Part shown: piece after piece, positions 51,358 to 60,962 of the stretch
Layout: each line of letters starts with the position of its first letter
Numbering within the stretch: position 1 is the first letter of the stretch
From: an uncultured Acidobacteriota bacterium
Lineage (GTDB): Bacteria; Acidobacteriota; UBA6911
Reading direction: 5' to 3'
Assembly: GCA_963827655.1 (NCBI GenBank)
Contig: CAWHCF010000025.1
Location: forward strand, 73,189 to 137,188
Length of the DNA: 64,000 nucleotides
Notes under the pieces: generated by a model
Seen by the model: the letters and a program-made list of their open reading frames with translations, nothing else
Database searches by the model: none
Told to the model about the DNA's origin: nothing
Program-made: the position numbers and the translations under genes

Positions 51358-53803
51358 CTACTCCTGGTGCAGCGCCGTGAGCGGGTCGAGTCTCGCAGCG
51401 CGGCGAGCCGGCACGTAGCACGCCAGAAGCGCCACAGCCGTCAAGACCAGAGAGACAACCACAAAGGTCCATGGATCGGTTGGCTCAACCCCGAACAGCA
51501 GACGCTCGAGGAATCTTGTCAATGCAAGCGAGACCGCCAGTCCGATTGCAACTCCGATAAGGACCAGGCCCATTCCCCGGGTGAGCACGAGCGACAGCAC
51601 ATCGCTTCCGCGAGCGCCCAATGCCATTCGGATGCCGATCTCGTGCGTGCGCTGGGCCGCCGTGTGCGAGACCACGCCATAGATCCCGATCGACGCCAGA
51701 ACCAGGGCCAAAGCAGCGAAGAGCGTGATCAGCAACGCGTTGAATCGTTGTCCCGATGTGGACTCGCCGACGCGCTCCTCCATGGTCCTGACGTGGGTCA
51801 CCGGCAGGGTCTTGTCCATCGTCATGACCTCGCGCCGCACGTCGCGGATGAGGCTTTCCGGATTGGCCTGGGTGCGCACGACCAGAGTAAGCGATCTCCG
51901 GAGAGCGCTCAGGGTCGGGCTGCGCGCGATCCAGTTCTGGGAATACACCCAGTACATCTCCGGCTCCGGCTCTGTTCCCATCGACCATTGCCGCACATCG
52001 CCCGCCACTCCGACGATTTCCCCCCACGCATCGTCATATCCACCGATGGTAATCCGCTTGCCTACCGGATCTTCGCCAGGAAAATACTTGTTCGCCAGGC
52101 TGTCGTTGATGATGATCGTGCCGGGAGCCCCGCCACTGTCCTGTTGAGTGAACTCCCGCCCCTTCAGAACCGGGATTCTCATGGTCCGGAAATAGCCCGG
52201 GCTAACAATGCGATATTGCACGACCGGGCCCTTCCCGGGCTCGGGACGGGGATGCCCTTCAATCATAAACGGACGATTGCCGCCGAACCCGCCCAGAGGA
52301 ATCGCATGGGTGGCGCCGACTGCCTCCACCCTCGGCAAATCGGCCAGCCGCTGAATGATCTGATCGTAGAACCCCGAGACCTGGTGTCCCTGACTGTAGC
52401 CGGCTTCCGGCAACCGGACCCGGAACGTAAGCAGGTTACCCGGATCGAAGCCCGTGTTCTGCGCCGTCAGATTCAGAAAGCTGCGTATCATGAGTCCTGC
52501 TCCGATCAACAACACGAGAGACAGCGCAACCTCGGCCACGACCAGCGCACCCCGAACGCGCACTCGCGCCGTCCCGCTGGAGCCGCGGCTACCCTCCTTG
52601 AGCGCCTGGTTCAAATCAGGTCCGGAGCCTTGCCAGGCCGGCATCAGCCCGAACAGCAGACTGGTCGCGAGCGCCAGCGCGATCGTGAAGCCCACCACGG
52701 TCGCATCAATCTTGATTCTCCAGTTGCCCAGCACCCCTGAGGACTGAGAGCCACCAGACCGTCTACACTCCAGACGGCAAGCAGGAGCCCCAGACTGCCT
52801 CCGAACAGTGCCAGCAGCAGACTTTCCACCAGAAGCAACCGTATAATCCGTGATCGGCGCGCCCCAAGCGCGGCCCGGATCGCCAGTCGCGGGCGCGCCC
52901 AGAGGCCCGCGCCAGCAGAAGATTAGCGACGTTCGCGCACCCTATGAACAGGACAAAGCCGACTGCGCCCAGCAGCGCCAGAAGAATCGGGACGCAGCCC
53001 TCTTACCATGATCTCGCGGACCGGGACGATGTTCACGCTGATATTGGCGTTGAAGGCCGGATTGGCCTGCGCCAGTTGTTTCGCGATCACGTCCATCTCG
53101 GCGCGGGCCTGGTCAAGCGTGATCCCCGGCTTGAGCCGTGCGATGGTTTGAAGGATGCGACCGCTCATTCCGTCCATTCCGCGTTCGGGATCCAGGGCGG
53201 CGGGCATCCATAGCTCCGTGGTTCGCTTCGGAAAGTGAAACTCCTCGGGCATCACCCCGACAATCGTATATGGACGGTTGTCAAGGACGAGAGTCTGGCC
53301 GAGGACATCGGCCCTGGCATTGAAGCGGCGCCGCCACAGGGCATGGCTCAAAATGGCAACTTGCTCGCTCCCGGGCCTGTCCTCCTCGACCGAGGAACGT
53401 CCGGCCCAGGACCGGTGTTGCGCGCAGGATCTGGAAGACATTAGCCGATACCCGGGCCCCCTCGAGCAGTTCGGGGGTTTCAAAGCCCGTCAGCGTGACG
53501 TTACGCTCTGCCGTAGGCCGCGATATCTTCGAAAACCTTCTGACGAGCCTTCCACGCGAGATAGTTGCCCGGCGCGACAGTGCTCTGGGTGAATCCTCGC
53601 ACCAGATTGGCTTCGTAAAGCACGACGTACCGGTTCGCCTCGGGCATCGGCAACGAGCGCAGCAGCACGGCATGAACCACGCTGAAGAGGGCGGAATTGG
53701 CCCCGATTCCCAACGCGAGGGTCAGGACCGAGATGAGCGTAAAGCCGGGACTCCGGACCAGCATCCGGAAACCAAAGCGCAGATCCTGAAGCAAGCCATT
53801 CAT
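51358..53803 (-). CDS. ADOP-type duplicated ABC permease (MacB/FtsX), several frameshifts in 52740-53500
   Basis: [68 protein letters not shown]. Confidence 0.9.
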
Positions 53804-53844
53804 CAGAACCTCCCGCGGAATCGTTTACCAGAGCCTGGGCTAAG

Positions 53845-53972
53845 ACAAGAAACGTGCCACAAATCGAGCGGACGCTAATTTATTGAAAAGCCTGAAAATT
53901 GAAGAGTCCTGCCGCGGGAAGCCGGAATCGGAAGCGTCCGTTTTTGGGAATTTCATTTCCAGAATAGGGACG
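53845..53972 (-). promoter_or_regulatory. Sigma54-type promoter with IHF-like site and upstream inverted repeat
   Basis: TGGCACGTTTCTTGT (53845-53859); TTTCAATAAATTA (53876-53888); CGTCCGTTTTTGGGAA..TTCCAGAATAGGGACG (53935-53972). Confidence 0.55.
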
Positions 53973-54035
53973 TTTCTTCGTGTCTTCGTGGTTGGAGCTA
54001 CAAATACCACGAAGACTCAGAAGAAACACAAGAAG
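53971..54035. repeat. Octamer-based intergenic repeat, inverted pair
   Basis: CGTTTCTTCGTGTCTTCGTGGTT..AAATACCACGAAGACTCAGAAGAAACACAAG. Confidence 0.8.
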
Positions 54036-54079
54036 CGGAGGGCGGAGTTGATGCCCGCCTCCGTGCCGACGCTCTCTGA

Positions 54080-57000
54080 TCAGAAACTGAATCGAGCGCC
54101 CAACTGCATCTGCCGCTCGCGCACAAGATTGGTTCCGGTCGCGCTCGCCGTCCCGAATTCCGCGCGGGGGAATAGAGTGGTGCCGACCACGTTGTATTGC
54201 AGAGTATTGAGCCCGGTGACATTCGTGCGGTTGAGGAGATTGAAAGCCTCCCAGATCAGCTCGAGCTTCATCCGTTCCGACAGCCGAAACGCGCGGGCGA
54301 GACGAACGTCCACCGAAGCAAACCCTGGCGACGTGAATGTGTTCCGGCCGACAAACGGAACTCGGTTGCTTCCACCGACTCCGAGGATTCCGCCGGATTG
54401 GACGAAGCTGGGTCCGGGATTTCCATTGATCCCACCCGAGTACGGTCGGCCATCCGCCAGGTTCAGAATTCCCGAGAGCTGGAAGCCGTTGAGAATCGCG
54501 CGGACAGGGCGCGATTCGATTCCGCCGAACGGCAGGATCCAGTATCCCGACATTGAGAACCGCTTCCTCTGATCGAAGTCCGAGAGCGAACGATCGCCGC
54601 GGACGTCAAAGGGATTCAACGGCTGATTGAACGTCGAAAAAGTAATGGAGCTCTGGTCATCGTCAATGGCCTTGGATATCGTCAGCGACGCCTGCATCTG
54701 GAATCCCTTCGAGAAGCGTTGCTTGGCCTGGAAAACGAAGCCGTGATACCAGGTGTTGACCACGCTGTCGACCACCGTGATGCGCCCGTAGGCCGCATTG
54801 GGCCGGTTCGTGCTGGGACCCGGGAAGAAGGGGACCGACGCCGTCTGCTGGATCTGAGAACAGGTTGTGCTTCCGGTAACCTGAGGAGCCCCGCACACAG
54901 CGTAAACCACCTCCTGGGTTGACGGGAAAAGATTGGTGTCGCGGAAGAGCGGCATTCGCTGGCCACGCGTCGCCAGGTAAATCCCGGTTACAGTGAAATT
55001 CTGGAACAGTTCCTGCTCGATGGAGAACTGGCCCTGGTAAATGAGAGGGTTACTGAAATCGGATGATGCGACGACAACATCCGGGCGCGCGGAAGTTCCC
55101 TGAGGGATGGCTGCGAACACCTGCGGGAACAAGGGGGAACCGGCCGTCGCGGGCTGGAAGGAGAAGCTCTGGAAGCGCACGCCGTCCACCGTCAGCAGGT
55201 TGAACAGCGTCGAGTTCTGGGTGCGCCCGTTGTACAGGCCGAAGCCGCCGCGGATTGCGAACTTGCGGTTGCTGAAAGGATCCCAGGCAAACCCGAAGCG
55301 GGGACCGAGGTTATTCTTGTCGGTATTGATCCGCTGCGTTGCCGGAACTGCGGGATTCCCGATTGGCGTGGGCATCGTCTGGAGTTCGTAGCGAAGCCCA
55401 AAATTGAACGTCAGGTTGTTGCGGGCTTTCCACGAATCCTCAACGAAGAGGGCAAAGTCCTCGTTCGTCAACTCCGTCGCACCCGCCAGGCCCAGCGAAT
55501 CAAACTGCTGCGCGAAGCTGGTGTAGTTCCTTCCCGGGTTGGTTCCCGGAGTCGCCGCGCAGGCGCCCAGCGGCAGGGTGATGTTCGGGCAATCCAGTGC
55601 CAGATTGTTCGCGCTGGGGTAACTGTAGACGCCTCCTCCCGAAAAGAGGTTGATGACCTCGTCACGAAGCCAGTTCATGTCGTATCCGAAGCTCACGGAG
55701 TGACGGCCGCGCAGCCACGAAAGGTTTTGCGAGACCTGCCAGCGGCGCTCGTTCGGGTAGGCTGCGCGCGGCAGGAAATTCGGCATGCCGAAGTTGATGC
55801 CATTGGTAACCGAAACCGAAGGTCCCGGCGCGTTCGGTTCCTGCGCCTCGAAATCGCGCCCCCACTGGAAGCGCAGCTCGCTCACGAAATTCCGGCTGAC
55901 GGTGGAATTCCACCGCGCGATTACGGTCTCGTTCTCGACGATATCGCTTCCGTTCGCCGTGGCATGGTTCGCGTGCGTCGGCGCCGTCTGAATTCCATTG
56001 GGCGAATCCCAGCGCAGAATGTTGATCGTGGTGGAAAACTGATTCCTCTGATTGATGTTCCAATCGGCGCGACCCAGATAAAGGGATTGATCACCCTCAC
56101 GGTCTTGAGGCCCTTGCAGGCCACGATAGAAGTTGAGCACGTTGCTCAATCCGGGCGCTGTTCCCGTCGAATCAAAGAACGTCGGCGACCCCGGAACGAT
56201 AATGGCCGGGAAGGTGCGCAGCTGCTGGTCATAGCTGAGGAAGTAGAAGATCTTGTCTTTCTTGAGCGCGCCCCCTACGGACGGCCCGAACTGCTGGCGC
56301 GTATCCTTGGGCTTGGCAATTCCGGCAGCTTTTGCGGTCGGATTCTCCGCATTCAGTCCGTCGTCGCGGATCAGATAGAAGAACGTCCCATGGACGTCGT
56401 TGGTCCCGGATTTCGTGACCGCATTAACGACGCCTCCCGCCGCGCGCCCGTACTGGGCCGAGAAATTGCTCGTGCCAACCTGGAATTCCTGAATGGCCTC
56501 GGAGCTGACGCCATAGGCCAGGCGTGTCCTCCCCTTGGCTTCGGAGAAAAACGCCTGGTTGTTGTCCATGCCGTCGATCATGTTGTTGTTGTAAAGCCCG
56601 GACAACCCGCGGAATGTCACCAACCCGAATCCGCCGTCGTTGGAGGCGCCCGGCGTCGTCATGACGAAGTTGTCCCAGCGCCTCCCGTTGAGCGGGAGGT
56701 TCCGCATGTCGTTCAGGTTGATAACAGTGCTGACTTCGCTCTTGTCGGTTTCGACGGCAGGGGAATCGGACGTCACCGTGATGACCTCCTGTCCGGCCGA
56801 AACGGTCAGCGCGAGATCGACAACAGCCCTTTGGCCCACCGAAACCGTGATCCCCTTGCGCAGGAGGGTAGAAAACCCCGCGAGCGTCGCGGAGACCTCG
56901 TATTCGCCGGGCCACAGTGCGACAACATCGTACCGACCCACCTCATTTGTGATTACTGTGCGCGACACGTTCGTCGCCGCACTCCGCACAGTCACTTCGA

Positions 57001-57151
57001 CACCGGGAAGCACGCCACCGGTGGCGTCCGTCACGGCTCCGGTAATGGCTCCCGTCCCGGCCGACACCTGTGCGAACAGTAAAGAAGGGCCGATCAGGAA
57101 CGCCGCTAAGATGACAAGACCTGACTTTCGGCCGAACACTCTGGTAATCAT
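54080..57151 (-). CDS. TonB-dependent receptor, Oar-like (intact)
   Basis: LPLNGRRWDNF, FSAQYGRAAGGVVNAVTKSGTN, EDSWK, RQMQLGARFSF. Confidence 0.9.
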   Translation of the reverse strand: MITRVFGRKSGLVILAAFLIGPSLLFAQVSAGTGAITGAVTDATGGVLPGVEVTVRSAATNVSRTVITNEVGRYDVVALWPGEYEVSATLAGFSTLLRKGITVSVGQRAVVDLALTVSAGQEVITVTSDSPAVETDKSEVSTVINLNDMRNLPLNGRRWDNFVMTTPGASNDGGFGLVTFRGLSGLYNNNMIDGMDNNQAFFSEAKGRTRLAYGVSSEAIQEFQVGTSNFSAQYGRAAGGVVNAVTKSGTNDVHGTFFYLIRDDGLNAENPTAKAAGIAKPKDTRQQFGPSVGGALKKDKIFYFLSYDQQLRTFPAIIVPGSPTFFDSTGTAPGLSNVLNFYRGLQGPQDREGDQSLYLGRADWNINQRNQFSTTINILRWDSPNGIQTAPTHANHATANGSDIVENETVIARWNSTVSRNFVSELRFQWGRDFEAQEPNAPGPSVSVTNGINFGMPNFLPRAAYPNERRWQVSQNLSWLRGRHSVSFGYDMNWLRDEVINLFSGGGVYSYPSANNLALDCPNITLPLGACAATPGTNPGRNYTSFAQQFDSLGLAGATELTNEDFALFVEDSWKARNNLTFNFGLRYELQTMPTPIGNPAVPATQRINTDKNNLGPRFGFAWDPFSNRKFAIRGGFGLYNGRTQNSTLFNLLTVDGVRFQSFSFQPATAGSPLFPQVFAAIPQGTSARPDVVVASSDFSNPLIYQGQFSIEQELFQNFTVTGIYLATRGQRMPLFRDTNLFPSTQEVVYAVCGAPQVTGSTTCSQIQQTASVPFFPGPSTNRPNAAYGRITVVDSVVNTWYHGFVFQAKQRFSKGFQMQASLTISKAIDDDQSSITFSTFNQPLNPFDVRGDRSLSDFDQRKRFSMSGYWILPFGGIESRPVRAILNGFQLSGILNLADGRPYSGGINGNPGPSFVQSGGILGVGGSNRVPFVGRNTFTSPGFASVDVRLARAFRLSERMKLELIWEAFNLLNRTNVTGLNTLQYNVVGTTLFPRAEFGTASATGTNLVRERQMQLGARFSF

Positions 57152-57467
57152 TGAAACTCCCTTTCCGGCATTGGCTTCGAGCTTACCCACTAACAACGAA
57201 AAGCGAATGCTCCTTCTCCACATGCCTGCATTGTGCCTGCCAAAACTCGCGTAACAGCCAGGTTTTCTCGACTTTCGCAGGCGCGATCAATCAAATCCCT
57301 TCATGCGGCTAAACGGAATCCCATACCTCCACCCCGAATTGCACATCTGCCCTGGAGGGCTGCACTCCACATGAGCCGGTGTCCAAATAATAGCGCATCT
57401 GGTTCGAAAAGGATGTTAACTTCGTGTGAATCGTACTTCGGGCTCGCGCTCGGGATCGGCAAAGACT

Positions 57468-57511
57468 CCTGGCGTTTCTTCGTGTCTTCGTGTCCTGGTG
57501 GTATATTTGTT
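57468..57511. repeat. Octamer-based intergenic repeat, single copy
   Basis: CCTGGCGTTTCTTCGTGTCTTCGTGTCCTGGTGGTATATTTG. Confidence 0.8.
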
Positions 57512-57569
57512 TGGTAAACTTCCAGCCGGAACCAGATGGCGCAGCTGCCGATAGCCAAGGGCTGAACTA

Positions 57570-58925
57570 ATGGCGTATTCGAAAGACGAGATCAAGCGGA
57601 TCACCGACAAAGTACTCAACATGTGCAAGGCCGACGCCGTGGAGGTGCGGTTCTCCGGCGGAGAGCGGTCGGCGACGCGGTATGCGAACTCGAGCATCAC
57701 CGCGAATCTGATCGAGCACGATCAAGAAGCGCAAATCACGGTTCGGTTTGGGCAAAAGTCGGCGACCGCGACGACACATCAGTTTGACGATGACACGTTG
57801 AAGCGAACCATCGAACATGTGCAGATGTTGGCCAGGCGGAAGCCCGACAATCCGGAGTTGATGCCACTGGTGAAACCGCCGCAGAGCTATGTCGAGATCG
57901 ACGCGGCGTTGCCTTCAGCGGTGAACTTCGGGCCGGCCGAGCGAGCGAAGATGGTGAAGATCAGTACTGACATCTGCGAGAAGCGTGGTGTGCTCGGTGC
58001 CGGGTTCATTCCGAAGTTCGATTGGGTCGATGCCAGCGCCAACTCCGAAGGTCTCTTCACGTATTTCCACTACGCCGATGCCAGCTTCATCCTCACGTGC
58101 CGCACGCCCGATCAAACCGGATCGGGATGGGCCGGGACGACCGGCGTCAAGGACATGAAGAATATCGACGCCGAGGCGTTGACCAACGTGGCCGCCGACA
58201 AGGCGCTGAGGTCACGCAAGCCGCGGCCCCTCGAGCCCGGCAACTACACGGTCATCCTGGAGCCGCGCCCGGCGGCCCGCTACCTCTCGTTGATGCTGGG
58301 CTCGCTCAACGCCCGCAACGCCGAAGAGGGCCGCAGTTTCATGAGCGGCAAAAATCGCGGCGACTCGAAGCTTGGTGAGAAGGTGTTCGGCGACAACTTC
58401 ACACTGCGCAGCGAGATCGGCAATCCGGTGCTGCGTCAATCGCCGATCGGTCAGGATGGTCTGCCCGCCAGGAGCATCACCTGGGTGGAAAAGGGCGTGG
58501 TCAAGAATCTGTTCTACGACCGGTTCTGGGCGCAGCGGCAAAAGAAAGAACCGACTGGGACCACGCCCGGCATGAGCCTGGTCATGGAAGGCGGCACCGC
58601 GACGGTCGATGAGATGATCAAGGCGACCAAACGGGGCCTGCTCGTCTCGTTCTTCTGGTATATCCGCCCGGTTGACAACATGACGCTGCTCAATACGGGA
58701 ATGACACGTGACGGGCTGTTCCTGATCGAGAACGGAAAGATCGTCGGACCGGTGCAGAACTTCCGCTGGAACGAGTCGCCGGCCGTGAGCTTCAACAACA
58801 TCACCATGCTCGGCAAACCGGTGCCGATGCACACCGGCGAGGCCTACGACAACCCCGGCACGGCGCTCGTGCCGCCGATGATGCTCGAAGACTTCACCAT
58901 GACATCCATTTCACCCGCAGTGTAG
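57570..58925 (+). CDS. TldD/PmbA family protein (PmbA/TldE-like, no HExxxH)
   Basis: TRYANSSIT, LEPGNYTVILEP, TGMTRDGLFLIENG, NFRWNES. Confidence 0.85.
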   Translation: MAYSKDEIKRITDKVLNMCKADAVEVRFSGGERSATRYANSSITANLIEHDQEAQITVRFGQKSATATTHQFDDDTLKRTIEHVQMLARRKPDNPELMPLVKPPQSYVEIDAALPSAVNFGPAERAKMVKISTDICEKRGVLGAGFIPKFDWVDASANSEGLFTYFHYADASFILTCRTPDQTGSGWAGTTGVKDMKNIDAEALTNVAADKALRSRKPRPLEPGNYTVILEPRPAARYLSLMLGSLNARNAEEGRSFMSGKNRGDSKLGEKVFGDNFTLRSEIGNPVLRQSPIGQDGLPARSITWVEKGVVKNLFYDRFWAQRQKKEPTGTTPGMSLVMEGGTATVDEMIKATKRGLLVSFFWYIRPVDNMTLLNTGMTRDGLFLIENGKIVGPVQNFRWNESPAVSFNNITMLGKPVPMHTGEAYDNPGTALVPPMMLEDFTMTSISPAV

Positions 58926-58952
58926 CGTGCGCCAACCGGTTGGAGACCGACG

Positions 58953-60533
58953 ATGAAACGACGTGAGTTCGTGAAGACTCTCAGCGCGACAGGCGTTGCG
59001 CTCTATGCCAGCGATCTGGTCGGCGATCTGATCGCACAATCGCCAAAGGCGCGCGTGATGGAGTCGCGCTTCAAGGGTCTGTCTGACGTCGCGCTGACAG
59101 AAGCGAAGCGCCTGGGCTGCACATACGCCGATATCCGCTTCACGCGCAACATCAACGACAGCGTCGCCGTTCGCGATCGCATCGTCACCGACTCGTTCGG
59201 CTTTGGCGCCGGTGGCCACGAAGAGAGCGCCGGCTTCGGCGTTCGTGTCATTCACAGCGGCGTGTGGGGATTTGCCAGCAGTCCGTTCGTGACCGAGGCG
59301 GAGATCAAACGAATCACCGCGCAAGCCACCGAGGTCGCCAAGGCGAGCGCCGTGAGCAAGCGATTCGAGGTGAAGCTCGCGCCGGTCGAGGCCTATCAGG
59401 ACTACTGGGCCGTCGCCGTGAAGATCAAGCCGGAGGATGTGCCGCTCGACGACAAGATCAACTTCCTTATGACGATCAATGAAGCCGCTCTGAAGGCGCC
59501 AGGCATCATCCGGGTACAGTCGAACATGGCATTCGACTTCGAGTGGAAGTATCTGGCGACCTCGGAAGGTTCCTACATCGAGCAGGAGATTTGGCGCTCG
59601 CTTTCGGGGTTTACCGTCACCGCATTCAAGGATGGCAAGGCCAAGCAGCGAACTTTCTCAGTGGCGCCGAAGACGGCCGGCTACGAGGTGATTCTCGACG
59701 CGAAGATGCACGAAAACGTCGAGCGAATCTGTGCCGAGGCGGTGGAGCATTGCGCGGCGCCGCCGGTTGGCGTCGGGCTCAAGGATCTCGTGATGACGCC
59801 GGCACATGCCATGCTCACGATTCACGAGATTGTCGCGCACCCGACGGAGCTCGATCGCGTGGTCGGCTATGAGGCTAACTATGCCGGCACCAGTTTCGTG
59901 AAGCTCGGCGACATCGGCAAGCTCACGATGGGCTCGAAGCTCTTCAACGTGACCTGCGATCGCACGCATGTGGGGGGCATGTGCACCGTGGGCTACGACG
60001 ATGACGGGGTGAAATCGCAGTCGTGGCCGATCGTCCGCGAAGGCAAGCTCGTAGACCTGCAGACGAATCGGGAGACCGCGCACTACATCGGCAAGAACTT
60101 CTCGCGCGGTTGCACGTTCGCGACGTCGTGGAGGAACTATCCGTTCCTGCGCATGCCAAACGTGCACCTCGAGCCAGGGCCCCCAGGATCGCCGACGCCG
60201 GAAGAGATCATCGCCGACACCAAGGATGGCGTGCTGATCGATGGCCGAGGTAGCTATTCGATCGATCAACAGCGCATCAACGGCCAGTTCGGCGGCGACG
60301 CGTTCTGGGAAATCAAGAACGGCAAGAAGACGCGGATGCTGAGCAACGTGACCTACAACGCTATCACGACGGACTTCTGGCAGAACCTCGACGCGACGTC
60401 AGGCAAAGAGTCGTGGGAAATGTTCGGGACCACCGGTGATGCCAAGGGCCAGCCGACGCAAATCAATCACCCGTCACACGGATCGCCCTGGGTCCGGATC
60501 CGGCGTATCATGGTCGCTGCAGCTTATTCGTAA
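58953..60533 (+). CDS. tldD: TldD-like metalloprotease with twin-arginine signal
   Basis: MKRREFVK; GVWGFA; HEIVAHPTELDR; YDDDGV; RMPNV; AKGQP..SHG. Confidence 0.85.
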   Translation: MKRREFVKTLSATGVALYASDLVGDLIAQSPKARVMESRFKGLSDVALTEAKRLGCTYADIRFTRNINDSVAVRDRIVTDSFGFGAGGHEESAGFGVRVIHSGVWGFASSPFVTEAEIKRITAQATEVAKASAVSKRFEVKLAPVEAYQDYWAVAVKIKPEDVPLDDKINFLMTINEAALKAPGIIRVQSNMAFDFEWKYLATSEGSYIEQEIWRSLSGFTVTAFKDGKAKQRTFSVAPKTAGYEVILDAKMHENVERICAEAVEHCAAPPVGVGLKDLVMTPAHAMLTIHEIVAHPTELDRVVGYEANYAGTSFVKLGDIGKLTMGSKLFNVTCDRTHVGGMCTVGYDDDGVKSQSWPIVREGKLVDLQTNRETAHYIGKNFSRGCTFATSWRNYPFLRMPNVHLEPGPPGSPTPEEIIADTKDGVLIDGRGSYSIDQQRINGQFGGDAFWEIKNGKKTRMLSNVTYNAITTDFWQNLDATSGKESWEMFGTTGDAKGQPTQINHPSHGSPWVRIRRIMVAAAYS

Positions 60534-60546
60534 GGCCTTCGGCAGG

Positions 60547-60575
60547 CCGGCGGTCGTCGATTTTCAGACCGCCGG
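60547..60575 (+). terminator. Hairpin downstream of tldD
   Basis: CCGGCGGTC-11 nt-GACCGCCGG; weak U tract. Confidence 0.4.
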
Positions 60576-60962
60576 TAGGCTTTCAGTACGCGGTCGGGCC
60601 GTGCGAGTCATTGTATGGGCCGACCGTTGGTTGAGCACTCGAACGGGACGGAGCGGTGACCCCTCAAGCCCCAAGCTCGCTCTTTCACTCTCGTCCCGCT
60701 CCAATCGCCCTCCCAAACAGGCCCTCTCACCCAGACCGTCGAGATATTTCGGCCGACCATCCAGCCCGACTTATGCTATTCTTCCACCTTCACCGAAAAG
60801 CAATTTCCTATTCCCTTCCTTCAGGGCGGGCCGGGAGAATGCCCTGAGCGAGCGCACGTTTGCGCGCGAGTCGAAGGACAACTGACGATCGCTCAAGCAA
60901 ATCGGCGTGAGGTGACGTCGCGATTCACCGATTGCCGCTTGGTATTATCCAGTGCCTCAACG

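Noticed and set aside
5421-57511. Octamer repeats as a CRISPR array
   Set aside because: Dispersed, degenerate, no regular repeat-spacer period, and no cas genes
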